A stretch of 64,000 nt of DNA from Amoebophrya sp. A120 (taxonomy: Eukaryota > Protista > Dinoflagellata): the NCBI GenBank assembly GCA_905178155.1, contig CAJINV010000004.1, positions 404,969 through 468,968 on the forward strand. The letters are read 5' to 3'. A program made the position numbers and the translations under genes. The notes beneath the pieces are model-generated. The model made no database searches. It was not told the origin of the DNA and was given only the letters and a program-made list of their open reading frames with translations. The first letter of the stretch is position 1, and each line of letters starts with the position of its first letter. This document shows positions 39,001-54,000 of the stretch, in pieces.

Positions 39001-42000
39001 GCTGAACCCCTCGAAAGCGTATATTGTCGAAGCGATCTGGAGTTATCAAGGGGCTGTGGACCAGCCGTTGTTGATGCAGGAGATCGAAGACATATCCACA
39101 GGAAATTTCTCGTACGCGTACAAATGCGGTCTCTGCATGACAAAACTAGGCTTCGATCCTTGTTTAGCATGACAAGTTTTGCACTCAAAACTGGTGAAAT
39201 TTGTGATGCGTCTTGTACATGTGCGGTAAATTTGTGTTGCATAAGACACGGTCGACGCGATCGATGGCATTACGGTCGGGGAGGTGGGGCCCATTGTGGT
39301 GCCGACCTCCACCACGACTACTACTTCGACCACTTCCACCACGACTACCGGCACTGGGACCACGACGACCACCAGCACGCTGCCGCTGCTCCTTCGTGGA
39401 TTCGAAATGAACATGACGCTTTCTGCCTCCACGGCGTTCACCTCTGCAGCCGAGCTGCTCGCGCTGGAATCCTTCAACAACGGGGTGGAAGAGGGGATCA
39501 AGATTTTCATCGGCGAGCAGTCTGCGAGCTTGGACAAAGACTCTGTCAAAGTGGAATCTCTGTCCATGTCGGAAAACATGGCTAAATCTTCCGGAAACGA
39601 AGTCACGGTCGATCTGTCCATCACTCTCCGCGTGCAAGACACGAGCAAAGTGGGTCTCGTCGAAGCCGCGTGGCCGTACCACGGAATCCCCGATCCGCAC
39701 GAGTTGCTGCACGAAATCAAGATGGAGTGCGACGCGATTCAGGGCGTGACTATTGGCGGCGTGAAGACCGTGGTGGTGGCGCAATCTACGACCACGACCA
39801 CAACAGCGGCCCCGGGAGGTGTTGTAGTGGCTACAACGACAACGACACCGGCGCCAGGGACAGTTGTGGCCACTACGACCACGACTACGAGCACTTCGAC
39901 TACGACAACAGTGACCACGACGCAGCAGGGCCAACTGGCGAGGGCTTACGAATTGAACTTCACCTTCCCATCTGCTACTGAGACTGCAACGAACCTGGCT
40001 TCCACTCCTGCGGTGTACCAAGCGATCAAGAACGGGACCTGGTTCTATCTGCGCGAAGACAACGCGATTACGAATTTTACGGAGAATGATTTAACCACGT
40101 TCACAGTGCAGGTTGGAAGTTACGAAAACACGGAAAATGGCGTGACAACCGCCGCATTCCTCATCGAGTACATTGCGACCATTCCGCAGCCCAACAAGCA
40201 ATCCGACTTCGAAACCCGGTGGCCGGACCCGCTTCCGGACGTGCAGGCGAAATTGCTAAGCGGTTACGTTGCGGATAGCGTAACCGCTGCAAACATCGCT
40301 GGGGTCTCAGTGGCATCGACACAAGCGGTGTCCCAGCCAGCGCCGACCACGACGACCACAACCACGACAATCGTTTTAGTGGAACGGGCGTTCGACATGG
40401 AGCTTTCCGTCCCGGATGGAACGGACTTGGACGCGTTGGCGAAGAGCCAGTCCTTGCTGGATTCGGTGGCGAGCGGGATCTTGACCTACCTGCAGAGCAA
40501 CGGCATGAGCTACTTGACGCTGGGGGATATCCGCGACCTGGTGTTGACCATTGTCGTGGATAGTAGTGGCAATACGACCTTCGCGGAAATTGGCAGGATG
40601 AAAGCGAAAAGTACCCAGACCCAGTTCCTGGACACCGCCGGAGAAAACTACGTTGAGGGACGTGAGCTATTCCTGGGTGACAACGGGGAGTTGACGGGAA
40701 CGAGTCTGGATGGAGATGCTGATCACAACTTCCTCGAAATAACCAGCGAGAAAGCGACCGCGACCCTGCAGTCGAAATTCAAGGTTGCTGTGAACGCGCA
40801 GGCGGCAGCCGATCTGAACAACGCGTGGTCGCCCACCGCGGGATTGGATGCAAGTGCGACGGGAAACCTCGGCTCGGCGGTGACGCAGTCAGTGAGTAAC
40901 GCGCAGATTCCGGGGGTCAGTGTGACCGGGGTGAAGTCGGTGTATCAAATGTAAAAATGTCTGGGTCTGGAAGAGTCATGCTGTTTCTGCATGACACAGA
41001 AGGTCTGGCGTGGAAGCTCTAGCATCACAGGTTTCGAGAAGCTTCCGCAATGCCGAACCCGCATGACAAATCCCCTACTTTGGTGACAGAAAGTGGGCAG
41101 CTTTTGCTACCTATGCATGAGAGATTTTTGTGTGTTCTGAAATGCGCATCACAAGTTCGGATTCTTCCAGACCCAGACATTTTTACATTTGATACGGTGG
41201 TCTTAACGACCACGACGAGTAGTACCACTGGAACATCGACGATATGACCTGCTCGAGCGTTCCAATCTCAAATGTTGCAATAGAGTCTGGATTTTGTGTT
41301 GCATGAAGAGCATGACAAATGTATAGAGTCTTGCGCTTCTCGCAATACAAATTTCGCCATATTTTTCTAGTGCGGTTTGGGATTCCGGAACTTCTCATGC
41401 GCAATCCTATGGGAGTAGGGTAGCTCATGTACTTCTTGCATTACAAAATCCAGACTCTACTAAGTGTAACGTTTGAGATTGTAACAGCTGAGCAGGTGAT
41501 AGACGACTTCCACAACGTCTACCACGACCACGACGACAGCTATCCCCATGGCGACGCTGACCCGGCAGTTCGCGTACACGATCGACATGGCCCCGTATTT
41601 GAGCGACGCCGACGCTTTGTCGTTCGTCGGCGATGCGGCCATGCATAGTGCGCTGAAAGCCGCTGTGATTGACTTCTCGACCAACATCCTCGGTATGAAC
41701 AAAGAGAACTTGACGGAATCCCAAATTTCCAACGTGCTGGTGGAAATTGCTTTCAACAACAACAACTTAGACGGGCAGGGCCAGAGCCAGTCCGGGACGA
41801 TCATCGCCAAGGCGACGATTGATTTCGAAGCGCCGCAGGTATCAAATGCAAATATGTCTGGGTCTGGAAGAAGAAGAACGCAATTTGTGCTGCTGCATTT
41901 GGATTCCAAAAAAATCTGTATTGCATTAGCAGCAAGGAGAGTGTCATTTTTGCTACGGGAAAAGGGCACTTGTCATGCGAAATAGGCATTGAGAAGCCCT

Positions 42001-45000
42001 CAAGACGTCTGCCATGCAAGGGCATGCAAATGCATCACAGACATCACGGCTCATTCACAACTTGCATGACAAGTCTCAGAATCTTCCAGACCCAGACAAA
42101 AAATTGCATTTGATAGCAGGAAACGATCGACGATTTGTATGACGCTTGGTCAGATTTGAACACGACCGCCACGACTGGTTTAACTTCCTCCATCCAGACG
42201 GAAGTCGTGACTGTGCAAACGGCCGCGGCCGCAGTCACCAGCCTGGTGTCTACGCAGCCGTTGAGCGGGGCGACAACCACCAGTTCGACCACGAGCACAA
42301 CGACCAGTACCACGACAACCACCACTAGCACAACCCTACCCCAGTCAACCACGGCAAGAGAGTTCTCTTACACGTTCAATGTGGACAGCAGTGCTGCGTC
42401 TGGCGCGACCTACAGCGACAGTGACATTTGCACCAGTGACAACATGGCGGAGGGGATTAAGACCGGAGTGGTGAAGTTTTTACTGGACACGCTTGGTGTC
42501 GGGGAGACAATTGATGAGGATGATATTCAATCTGTCACTGTCTCCTACGTGTTCGGGTCTTCCAATGCAGATGGGAGCATATGAGGGTACACAACTCCCT
42601 CTCCCCCCCATTTGTATGTTGGCATGAACAGCAATACAAACACCAGCTCAAATGGAGCCTGCGCATCACAAGTTTACGCGCCCTGTTTGGGCTTCCGAGA
42701 TTTGTCATGCATACTGTGCCACAATGCAGCGATAGGATTTCGGATTTTGCATTGCAAATGAGGGGGAGGGGGAGTTGTGCACTCTCATAGAGCAGGACCA
42801 TAGTCGCGAAGGCGGTTGTGGTATTCAAAACGGACGAGACTAAAATCGACGCGATCGATGCGGTCTGGTCGGGGGCGACGGTGACGAACACCACTGCAGT
42901 TGACGGATTAGCAACCGCGTTGAACACGGCTCTACCTGCGGATCTGCCGAACACGGTGTCCACCGTTTCGCAAACGATTTTGCAAACAACCACGACTTCG
43001 ACCACAACCACGACAGTCGTCACCACAACCACGACAAGCACCACGACCACAACGTCAACGACCACGACGACAACCACGACGACCACCACCACTGAACCGG
43101 TCACGACAGCTCCGGAGTTACGGACCACGGACCGGGAGTTCAGCTACACCTTCAACGCAGTCGACGGGCTTGCGGATCCCAACGCGTTCTGCAACACCGA
43201 CCAGATGGTGGCGGCGATCAAGAGCGCCATGGTGGATTTTGTCACGAACGAGTTGACTGGTAGTCCTAGTAATCTCAACCTCACGAACATCGCCGAGGTG
43301 ATTGTCAATGTCGCGTACAGCAGCAACAACACGGATGGGACCGGCACGGTCGTTGCCAAGGCGACCGTGAAGTTCCAAGCCGACCAGGCGACGATTGACG
43401 CTCTGGATACCGCCTGGGTACCGGATGACGTCTACGCCGACCCAGGTGCCGTTGCGGGGTTGAAAGACGCTTTGAACACGCAGATCACCGCGGCCATCGC
43501 GGATGTCAGTTCCGTGGTGCAGAGTCAAGTGCTAACGACGACGAGCACGACAACGAGCACCACGACGGAGCCACCGACTACGACGACACCCTCCACCACG
43601 ACAACTACCACCACGACGACCACGACAAGTACGACCACCACAGCGGTCCCGCCGAAAGAGCTCGAGAGGGAATTCAGCTACACGTTCCAAATCAGCGACG
43701 CGAGTCAGACGGCAACTTACGATTTAAACACGGACGCGATGCTATTGGCTCTAAAGGAGGGTGTGGTGCAGTTCGTGAAGGACACTTTGCAGCCCACGAA
43801 GGCAATCACAGTCTCCGATATTCACTCTTTAACCGCTATTGCAGCGTTCCGGAGTACCGATAACAGTGGCACGATTGTTGCGAAGACCATCGTGGTCTTC
43901 AAGGGGCCAGAGGAAAGAATCGATTCGTTAGAGGCAGTTTGGTCTCCTTCCGCTTTGTACACCGATGCGGCGATTACGCAGGCCCTGACTTCGAGTTTGA
44001 ACAACTCCACCACTACTATTGCAGCGACGGATGTCAGCACGGTGGTGCAGACGCAGATCATCACGACCACGCCGCCGCCGACGACGTCGACGAGTACCAG
44101 CACGACGACGAGCACCACGACAACGACGACGACCACTACCACAACCAGCACCACGTATCAAGTGTAAAAATGTCTTGGTCTGGAAGATTACCAGTTTTGT
44201 CATGCACATTTTGCATAACTCCTGATGTCTGTGATGCATGCCCTAGCATCACAGATTTTGTGAGGGCTTCCCGATGCCTATACCGCATGACAAATTCTCT
44301 TTCCGTGTGGCAAAACTTGGACTCTCTTTGCTGCTCATGCAATACAGATTTTTTTAGAATGCAAAATCAGCATGACAAGTTGGATTCTTCCAGACCCAGA
44401 CACTTTTGCAGTTGATACCACGACGACCACGACCACTGTCACGGTTCTCACAGAAACCACGGAGCGGGCCTTCAGCTACACCTTCAACGTGGCGGATGGC
44501 AACACCGTGGGGAGCTTTGACGTGAACTCCGATGAGATGAAGGACGCGATCAAAAGTGGCGTGGTCAATTTTGCGGTGAACACATTGTATCCACAGTAAA
44601 TTTCCCGTACACGTACATTCGCTGTTTCTGCATAGACAAAAGTTGCCTTCAAGCTAAGTCAGCATGGGAAATTTGGGTACTCCAAGGTAGCGAAATTTGT
44701 CATGCATTTTGTACTTGTGTGGGAAATTTGTATTGCATACCTTGCAGGTGAATAACACGGTATCCGAGTCCGACATCAGCAGCGTGCTCGTCGAGGTGAT
44801 CTACAGCTATGCGAATACCGATGGAACATATGAGGATGCACAACTACTCCGCCTCCCCCTCATTTGTATGGCATGAGCAGCAACAGAAGTAATGTCTCAA
44901 GTGTAGTTTTTTCATGACAAACCCGGAAATGGATTCGTAGTTCTGTTTGGGCATCCAAAACTTGTCATGCGCAGACTGTTTAAGGGGAACAGGCGGACTC

Positions 45001-48000
45001 GGTATCTTGCATGACAAATGAGAGGAAGGAGGAGTTGCGCACTGTCATAGAACAGGCACGGTGATTGCCCGAGCGACGGTGGAATTCACCGCGAGTCCGG
45101 AGAAAGTTTTATCTCTAGATGCGGACTGGGTCCCCTCTACCGTTGCCTCCGACCCGGCGATTGTGCAGGCGTTGACAGACGCGCTGAAAACCGCCACAAA
45201 TGCAGAGCCGGCGTTGACGACCGCTGGGGTCACTGATGTGATTCAGTCGCAGGTTTTAGCCCCCGCGACGTCTACCACTACGAGTACGACCACGACCAGC
45301 ACTACGACGACCACCACGACTGTGACGACCACGACTGTCACCACAACCAGCACGACAACTACGACGCTCCCGTCGATCTCGCGCGAGTTCAGCTACAGCT
45401 TCTCCTTAGCGGATGGAACTGTTGATGTGGATGCGCTCTGCGCCTCCGGGGATATGAGTGACGCGATCAAAACTAGTTTGCTCGCGTTCATCAGTGACAC
45501 CCTGGGGATGACCAACCCGGTCATCGATGAGGCGGACATTGAGGACATTTTGATCGAAGTCGCCTACAACGATGGTGTCGGGAACGTGCCCGTTGTGGCG
45601 AAGGCTACGGTTGTTTTCAAAGCCGACCCGGATAAAATTTCCACTTTGGACTCTGTCTGGGTCTCCGCGCTCGCCCGGACGAATACGACCGCGGTCGCCG
45701 GGTTGACGACCTCTCTCAACGCGGAACTGACGGCGAAGCCGGGGCTGGACGTGACTTCCGTTGCGTCGAGTGTTGTGTTGACAACGTCCAGTACAACGAC
45801 GACCGCGGCGCCGGGCGTTACCGTTACGACGACCACGACGACAACCAGTACTACAACGTCGACGACGACCACAACGACGACGACCACGACTACAACTAGT
45901 ACCACACTGCCGACCATCGATCGGGAGTTCAGCTTGACCTTCACCGTCGACAATGCCCAGAGTTTGGACATAGTCGGCCTGTGCGACAGTGCAGAGATGC
46001 GAACCGCGATTAACAAAGCGGTGGTGAATTTCATCGACAAAACATTGGGGATGAAGAGTCCATCCGTCACTGCAAGCGACATCAAAGCAGTTTCCGTCGA
46101 AGTTGCGTTCGGGGCCCAGAATCCGGACGGCAGTGGCACTGTGGTCGCGAAGGTGGGCGTTGTGTTTGCGGCGAGTGAAGAAAAGATCAACGCGCTGGAC
46201 ATCGCTTGGTCGCCGGAAAAAGCCAGTACGAATACAACGGCGATGAACGGGCTGACGCAACAGTTGAAAACGGAAGTGGTCAATGCCTTGCCCGACGTCT
46301 CCGACGTCACCCAATCGCAGGTGTTGACGACCAGCAGCACGACCACCACGACAACCACGACCTCGACCACCACGACGACCTCGACCAAACCGCTCCTTGA
46401 GAAGGGTCTGGGACTGCAATTGACGATCCCGGCTGGTACCGCGGATATCGCAGGTTTCTTAGCGGATACGGTTCTCAATGACGCGATCAAACAGGGGGTG
46501 ATTGATTATTTCCAGAATGTCACCGGAATCACCTTGACCCAAGATCAGATTGAAGATTTGACCATCACTCCGAAGCCGAACAGCGTCGCGCCGGACATTG
46601 AGGTGGACATCAACTTCGGGGTGCGTGTTGACACCACATCACAGGTCGCGGATTTGAACATTGCGTGGAATCCGTTGATTCCCATGCAAACTGGTTCGGA
46701 CCAGTTGGAGAATCTGGTAGATAACGTGCAGGAAGCTGTGCAGACCAACGCTGGAACTACCCTGGGGGTCACTGTAAAGGACACTGGCGCTGCCACCATC
46801 CCGGTTACGACGAGCACTTCTACCTCGACTACTACGACGTCCACGACTACGACGGTAAGCGTCACAAATCCGCTACTCCCGCGTGGATTGGAACTCACTT
46901 TGAATTTACCCGATTCTCCGGTTGATTACCTCACAAGCAGCGATCTCTCGGACGCGATGAAAACGGCGATCATTGAGTACTTCCAAAACGCAACGAAAAT
47001 CACGCTGACGCCCGACCAAATCGAGGACTTGGACATCAACCAGGTCGGCGGCTCCCCGCCGGGCGACGTGCGGGTGGAAATCACGTTTGGTGTTCGAGTC
47101 CCGCAGGATCAGGTGGATAACATCGACCAGAGCTGGGATCCCGACACCGCCATGACTTCTGGAAATAACGTGACCAGAATTCTCGCTGAATTCACGGACG
47201 CAGTGGCGAACAACCAGGCGTTGGTCAGCGCTGGGGTCAACGTGCCGCAAGGGACGACTGCCGCAACGGTTGTCGTTACTACTACCTCGACAAGTACCAC
47301 AACCACGACAAGCACTACCACGACTCTAGGACCGCTGTTACAAAGGGGGTTGACTCTGCAGCTGGACTTGACTGGCATCGACGCAGCTACCGCTGCCAAT
47401 AGTGACGACCTGAAAAACTCCATCACACAAGGTGTGATCACTTACTTCGAGCAAACAACCGGGCTGACCATTACAGCTGATCAGATTGAAGATTTGGTAA
47501 TTACACCGAAGCCGAACACCGACCCTGTGGAAGTGGATATCACTTTCGGTGTCCGCGTTGAGCCGACAACTGTGCAGACCATCGAACACGTGTGGCCGGA
47601 AAAAGCGCCGATAACGCCCGGTAGCACAGCGATTGCGACCTTACTTGACAATATTCAAGCCGCTGTGACAAATGAGCCCGGGCTCACCGGTGTGGTGAAG
47701 GTGGAAGATACTGGCGCGGCAACTCTGCCGCAAACCAGCAGCACGACGACGACTAGTACATCAACTACGATCAAACCGTTGTTGCAAAAGGGTCTGGAGC
47801 TGCAACTGACCTGTTACGATGCGCTCCCCGGAACTCTCTCTGATCCGGATTTTGTTGATTCAATCAAGGATGGTGTGATTGCGTATTTTCAAAACAGCAC
47901 TGGGATTGTGTTAACCGCGAGTGATATCGAAAATATGCAAATCACGCAGAAGCCGGGCACGTTGCCGCCGGACATCGGGGTGGACATCACGTTCGGGGTG

Positions 48001-51000
48001 CGGGTCGAGCCGACCCAGGTGCAGGACATCAACACCGCTTGGGATTTATGCATTGCAAACGGATCGCACTTAGGATAAATCTTCGCAAGACAAATCACAT
48101 GGAAAGAGGTGCTTGAATTTGTCATGCGGGTACAGTAGAAAAGCGGATCTGTCATGCATGATTGCGATTAGTAGATATTGCGACTTACTTTTGCAGTGCA
48201 TAAAACCCCGACACGCCGATGTCGCCTACGGGGTCGGAAGTGGCGAGCTTGCTCACCTACGTGCAGGACAGCATGCTGTCAACGGGCCCCAGCGGCACCC
48301 AGGTGAAGGACACGGGAATTGCAACGACGCCAGTGACAACCACTTCCACAACTACGACGACAAACCCATTGCTCCCCCGCGGCTTCCAAACGACGCTGGA
48401 GATCACATCCGGCGATGTGAATGCGACTCTATCCGATCCGGAATTGAAAGAGTCATTAACCAACGCGGTCATCAAATACTTCGAAGACAGTACTGGGATG
48501 ACTCTAACCCCAGCTCAAATCGAAAACATGGTGATCACACAAACCCCGGGCACAGTGGCGCCCGACGTCGGGATCGACGTGACTTTTGGGGTGCGGGTGG
48601 AGGAAACTGAGGTCGCTGAAGTCGACAGTGCCTGGGATCCCGACACGGGAATTCCAAGTTCGGGGTCCAGTGGAACTACACTCGCTAACGCGGTGGAGCA
48701 GAGTGTGACGACGAATCCGGATTTAACCGGCGTCGCACCGCCAGCGACGGTGACTGTGAACCCAGTCGTCGTCACCACGACCACAACGACGACGACAACC
48801 CCGACAAGATTGCAGAGGAATATCATGCTTACTTTTGACGTAGACTCCCTCACGAATTCGCAGGCGATCGCGTTCATGACCGACGCAACTTTAAAGTACG
48901 CGGTTCAAGAATCCGTGAAGACTTTCATCCTTGACACTCTTCTCGTGACCCCGGTCCCGCCGCTCGTGAGCATCACTTTGCAGCTATTGTCCAAGCAGGA
49001 AATTTCTGATGCGACCTCGCAGCTGAGCCGGCTGGTGGCGCAGTCGTTGCTCACGTTCGAGGACCCAGATCCGGCGAAAATCGACGCTCTGGTAGTGAAA
49101 TGGTCCGCTACGGTCGACTTGACCGACGCCCAGGCAGACGCTTTGGCGGATGACTTGCAGACGCACTTGACGAACGCCGGTCTGACGACCACTATTTCCG
49201 GGGCGGGGGGTTTGACCGCGCCGACAACCACGACCACAGTCGCGCCAACGACGAGCACGACGACCACAACCACCACGACGACGACCACGACAAGTACTAC
49301 TACAACGACAGTCACTGTGGAACCAACTCACGAAACGCAAAGAATAGTTACCTTCACCTTCGACATTGCGTCTCTGACCCTGGCTGAGGCAGACGCGCTG
49401 ATGGTGAATGCGCAAATGATCAATGCAGTGAAACAGGCGACGAAAACTTTTGTCGAAGATACACTGAATGTCGCCGCTGCAGATGTCCCCGTAGTGGCTT
49501 ACGTTAGTTTGCAACTGCTGACGAAGTCCGATGCCGTGTCTTCGGGCACGGACCGATTAACCGTCCAAGCCGTGCTCGTGTTCCGGGACGCGGACGAGAG
49601 TAAAATCGATACTGTGGACGCGAAGTGGAGCAAAGTGACCGGGTTGAGTTCACAAGAGCAGACCGATCTCACGGACGATTTGCAGACTGCGATCAGTGCC
49701 GACTTTGCGTCAACGACGATAACCGGGTCGGGGAGCTTGCAAACTGCAACGACCACGACGACAAGTACCAGCACAACGACGACGACCGTGACCACGACGA
49801 CGACCACGACGACGACCGTCACTACGACGACCACGTCTACGACGACATTAACTCTCGCAGAGCTGGAACGAGAAGTGTCTTTCACGTTCGACATCGCCTC
49901 GCTCGCATCCAACGCAGCGGCAACGAACTTGCTGAAGAATGCGACTTTGACCGACGCCGTGGAAACCGCCATTCAGCACTTCGTCGTCGACACACTCGGC
50001 GTGCCTTCCAACATGGATCCACCGGTTTTGTCTGTGACGCTGCAACTGCTGGCAAGACTGCCGGATGTTCCGCAACAGGGTACGGATCGGATTTCGACCC
50101 AAGCTGCGATCTACTGGCAGCACGCGACTGCCGATAAGATTGACGCGGTGGCGGCCAAGTGGTCGGGGACGACGGGCTTGAGTAGCGCGGAGAACACAGA
50201 ATTGGTTTCGAAATTGCAGACCGAAATTTCCGCTGCCGGCTTCACCTCAACAGTAGCTGGCGCAGGTGGTCTCGTTTCGGTTTCCACCACGACAACAACG
50301 ACGACGACAACTACTGTGACCACAACGACGACCACCACCACGACAACCACGACGACGAGCACTACCACTACAACCACAACTGTCACAGTGCCAGTGCCAT
50401 TTGAGTTGGAGCGGGAGATCACTTTCACTTTCGACATGGCGAAATTGACGCTGTCCGACGCGTACGATTTGATGGCGAACACTGATTTCAAAACTGCGGT
50501 CGAGCAAGGTCTTGAGAATTTCGTTTCGGACGTGAACGGATTGAACTTAAATGCCACGACCGCCGCTCCATTGTCTTCGTTGGACCTGCAGTTGCTCGCG
50601 AAGATCGCCGTTCCCGGCTCCACGACGGACGACCGGTTGACAGTGACGGCGAGTCTAATCTACCGAAGTTTGGATCAGGCGAAAGTCGATGCGCTGGCAG
50701 CTGTTTGGTCCGCGACCACGGGCTTCTCCGCAACTGTGCAAACAGAGTTGAGCACGAAAATCCGAGACGCGATCTCCGCTGCTGGCTTCACGGTAACATC
50801 TTTCGCCGGCTCCGGCAATGTCGCGGTGACGACTTCCACCACGACGACCACAACGACAACCACCACGACGACCACGACCTCGACAACCACGACGACCACG
50901 ACTGTAACAACGACTACCACGGTGATTGTGTATTCGAGTTTAGATCGCGAAATCACGTTCACGTTCGACGTTGACACCATGACGGGTTCTGAGGTGAATA

Positions 51001-54000
51001 CCATGCTTGCGAACGCAACTCTTAAAACCGCTGTTTCCACCGCGGTGGACGACTTTGTCGGCGCTGATTTGGCAGTGCAGCCTAGCCCGACGATTGACTC
51101 GGTGACTTTGCAGCTCTTCTCGCACATCGCGACGTCCACTGCAGGGACTGATCGGATCACCGCGCAAGCTGTGGTTTATTGGAAAGACACGGATGCTTCC
51201 GAAATCGATGCGCTTGGCAATGCCTGGTCGGGCGCCGGGCAGCTATCTTCTACCCTAGCGACAAGTTTGGCGGACAAACTGAAAACCGAAATCGCCAACG
51301 CGGGCTTTAAGGTGTCCGCCATGGCCGGGGCTGGCGGGATTCCCAGCGCTACAACGTCTACAACGACGACCACGACGACGACAACCACTACGACGACCAC
51401 AACAACGACCACGACGACGATCACCACCACGACCACAACGACAACTGAGCCGCAAGTGGACTTGAAGCGCGAGGTCTCGTTCACCTTCGATGTGGACGAA
51501 ATGACCATGGCCGAGGCGACGGCGCTGATGAGCAACCAGACGCTGATAGACGCCGTCGTGAAGGCAGTGGAAGAACTCGTGACGACAACTCTAGCCGTCC
51601 CCGTGACGCAAGCGCCATCCGTTGCAGTCGAGGTTTTGAGCCTGCTTGGGAAAAACCCAACGGTCACCGCCGGCGCAAACCGGATCACGGCGCAAGCAGC
51701 CACTTTGTTCCGCGGCTCGCAGGCGAAAATTGACACTCTCGTTGCCGTCTGGCCGGGCAGCGGGCTGCCGGCCAGTGCGACCACTGCATTGTCGGATCTG
51801 TTAAAGCAAGCGATCGAGTCGGCAGGTATTAAGGTGACTAGCATGGCCGGCGCAGGAACCATCGCGGCCCCACCAGCGACGACAACCACTACTACGACCA
51901 GTACGACGACAACGACGGTGACTACTACGACAGTCACCACGACGACCACTGTGCATACGTATGAGCTGGAAAGAGATATCTCCTTCACGTTCGACGTGGA
52001 CGCGATTTCGTACAGTGGGGCGCAGGCGTTGATGACGAATGCGACTTTGGAAACCGCGGTGAGGACTGGGATTCTTGGGTTTTTAGACGCCGGGTTGCAA
52101 GTAAATGCAAGTATCACCCCGAGCATCTCCAAGTTGGACTTGCAATTAATGTCCCACATCGTCGGGGTGTCCACCTCCGCTTCCGGCGGTTCGGTCGACC
52201 GAATTTGCACTCAGGGAATTGTGTACTTCGAAAGCGCGGCGAAAAGCAAAATCGACGCGGTTTCGTATGCTTGGCCGGCCACCGGTGGTCTATCCGCCGC
52301 GCAGACGACGAGTCTGGCGGACGAACTGAAAGACGCGATCGTCGCCTCGGGGATCAAGGTCTCGCAGTTCGCGGGCGCGGGCGGCCTGAATTCAGTTACA
52401 ACCTCAACCACGACGACCACCACGACAACGACAACCACAACCTCCACTAGTACGACGACAGCCGAGCCGAAAACCGCGGTCCCCAGGGACTTCAAGGTCG
52501 GCTTGCAGATTGACGAGGCGGTGACCTCGAAGACACAACTTTTGGCCAGCGTGGAGTTGGAGAACGCGATAGTGGAGGCGGTGGTTGGATTTTTGGAGAA
52601 CCAGGACGGGTCCTTAACGGGATTGCTGGACGTGAACAACATCACGGTCGAAGAGGTCTCGTTCATGTTCTTGCAGGAGAACGAAAAAATGGGGGCTGGC
52701 CATTATGTCGATCTTGAAAGCAACGAAGCGAAGTCGAAGCAAGTTTCCTTCCTTGCCGAGAACGTCGATAAAACGCAGGAACTCAAGCGAACGTCGAAGT
52801 TCGGCGTCATTCGGAAAGCCTCAAGTCATTCGGAAAGCACGAAGGCAAGCGCTCCTATTGTCGACATCACCGTCAGGATTCGGTTGGACATTCTGGCGCC
52901 CGTGGATAAAGTTTCCAACATCGACAGTATCTGGGCCCCGAACGCTGCCATGGACGCGACAACTAAGGATCACTTCAAGGTGTACTACCTTGACGCGCAG
53001 ATCGGGCAGATTAACGGCGTGGACGTCACGTCAGTGACTCTGTACACGGTGACAACGACCACCACGACCTCGACCACGACGACCACTTCGACTTCGACGA
53101 CAACCAGTACTTCAACCACAACGAACACTACCACAACTACAACCACGTCGACATCCACGACGACAACTACATCGACGACAACCACAACCACGACCACAAC
53201 TTCTACCACCACGACTACAACAACCACGACAACCACCACCACGACAACCACACTGCCAATCACGCGCGCATTTGACATCGATTTTGCAGTGAGTAAAATT
53301 TTGATCCCGAACGCGGAGAACATTGTGAATTACCCGACCTTGCTTGACGCGCTGTCTATCGGTGTTGAAAAGTACTTGAAAAATCAGGGTCTGACCGAAG
53401 CGGTTTTTGTCAAAGACATGGAACTGAACGTCACCTCCATTGTTGACGGCGCGATGAGCAAACAGGTTTACACAACCGCGACTTTTACTCTCCAACCGAA
53501 CACCACCGCGGGGATAGCGGCAATCGAGCAGGTTTGGTCGGGGACTGCACCTCCAACACAGGCGGAAATCGACGCTCTGGTTGCAGCGATCAAGCCGGAA
53601 GTCGCGATCGCGCAGAATTGTGCCGGGATTACCGTTGGACAAGCCGTGCCGCACACAACCACGACGACCACGACGCCAGAACCGTTGGTGCAGCTACAAA
53701 GGCAATTTTCCTACACGGTGAACGCCAAGCTGGGTTTGCAAGCTGGAGGTACGACAACATCGCAGGATGTGTATGATAATGTTATTTCCTTACTCTCAGA
53801 TGCGAAGATGGAAGACGCGGTGAAAACTGCGGTCATCACCTTCATGCAGACCGGCCTCGGGCTTCTGGGCACGAGCAATGTGACTGTTGCGGATATTCCG
53901 TCGGTGACGATAGAACGGGCGTACCACAACAACTCCGACGCTAGTACAAGTGTCACCAGAATTGTCGCGAAGGCCTCGGTGAACTTTGAAGCAGTGCAAG

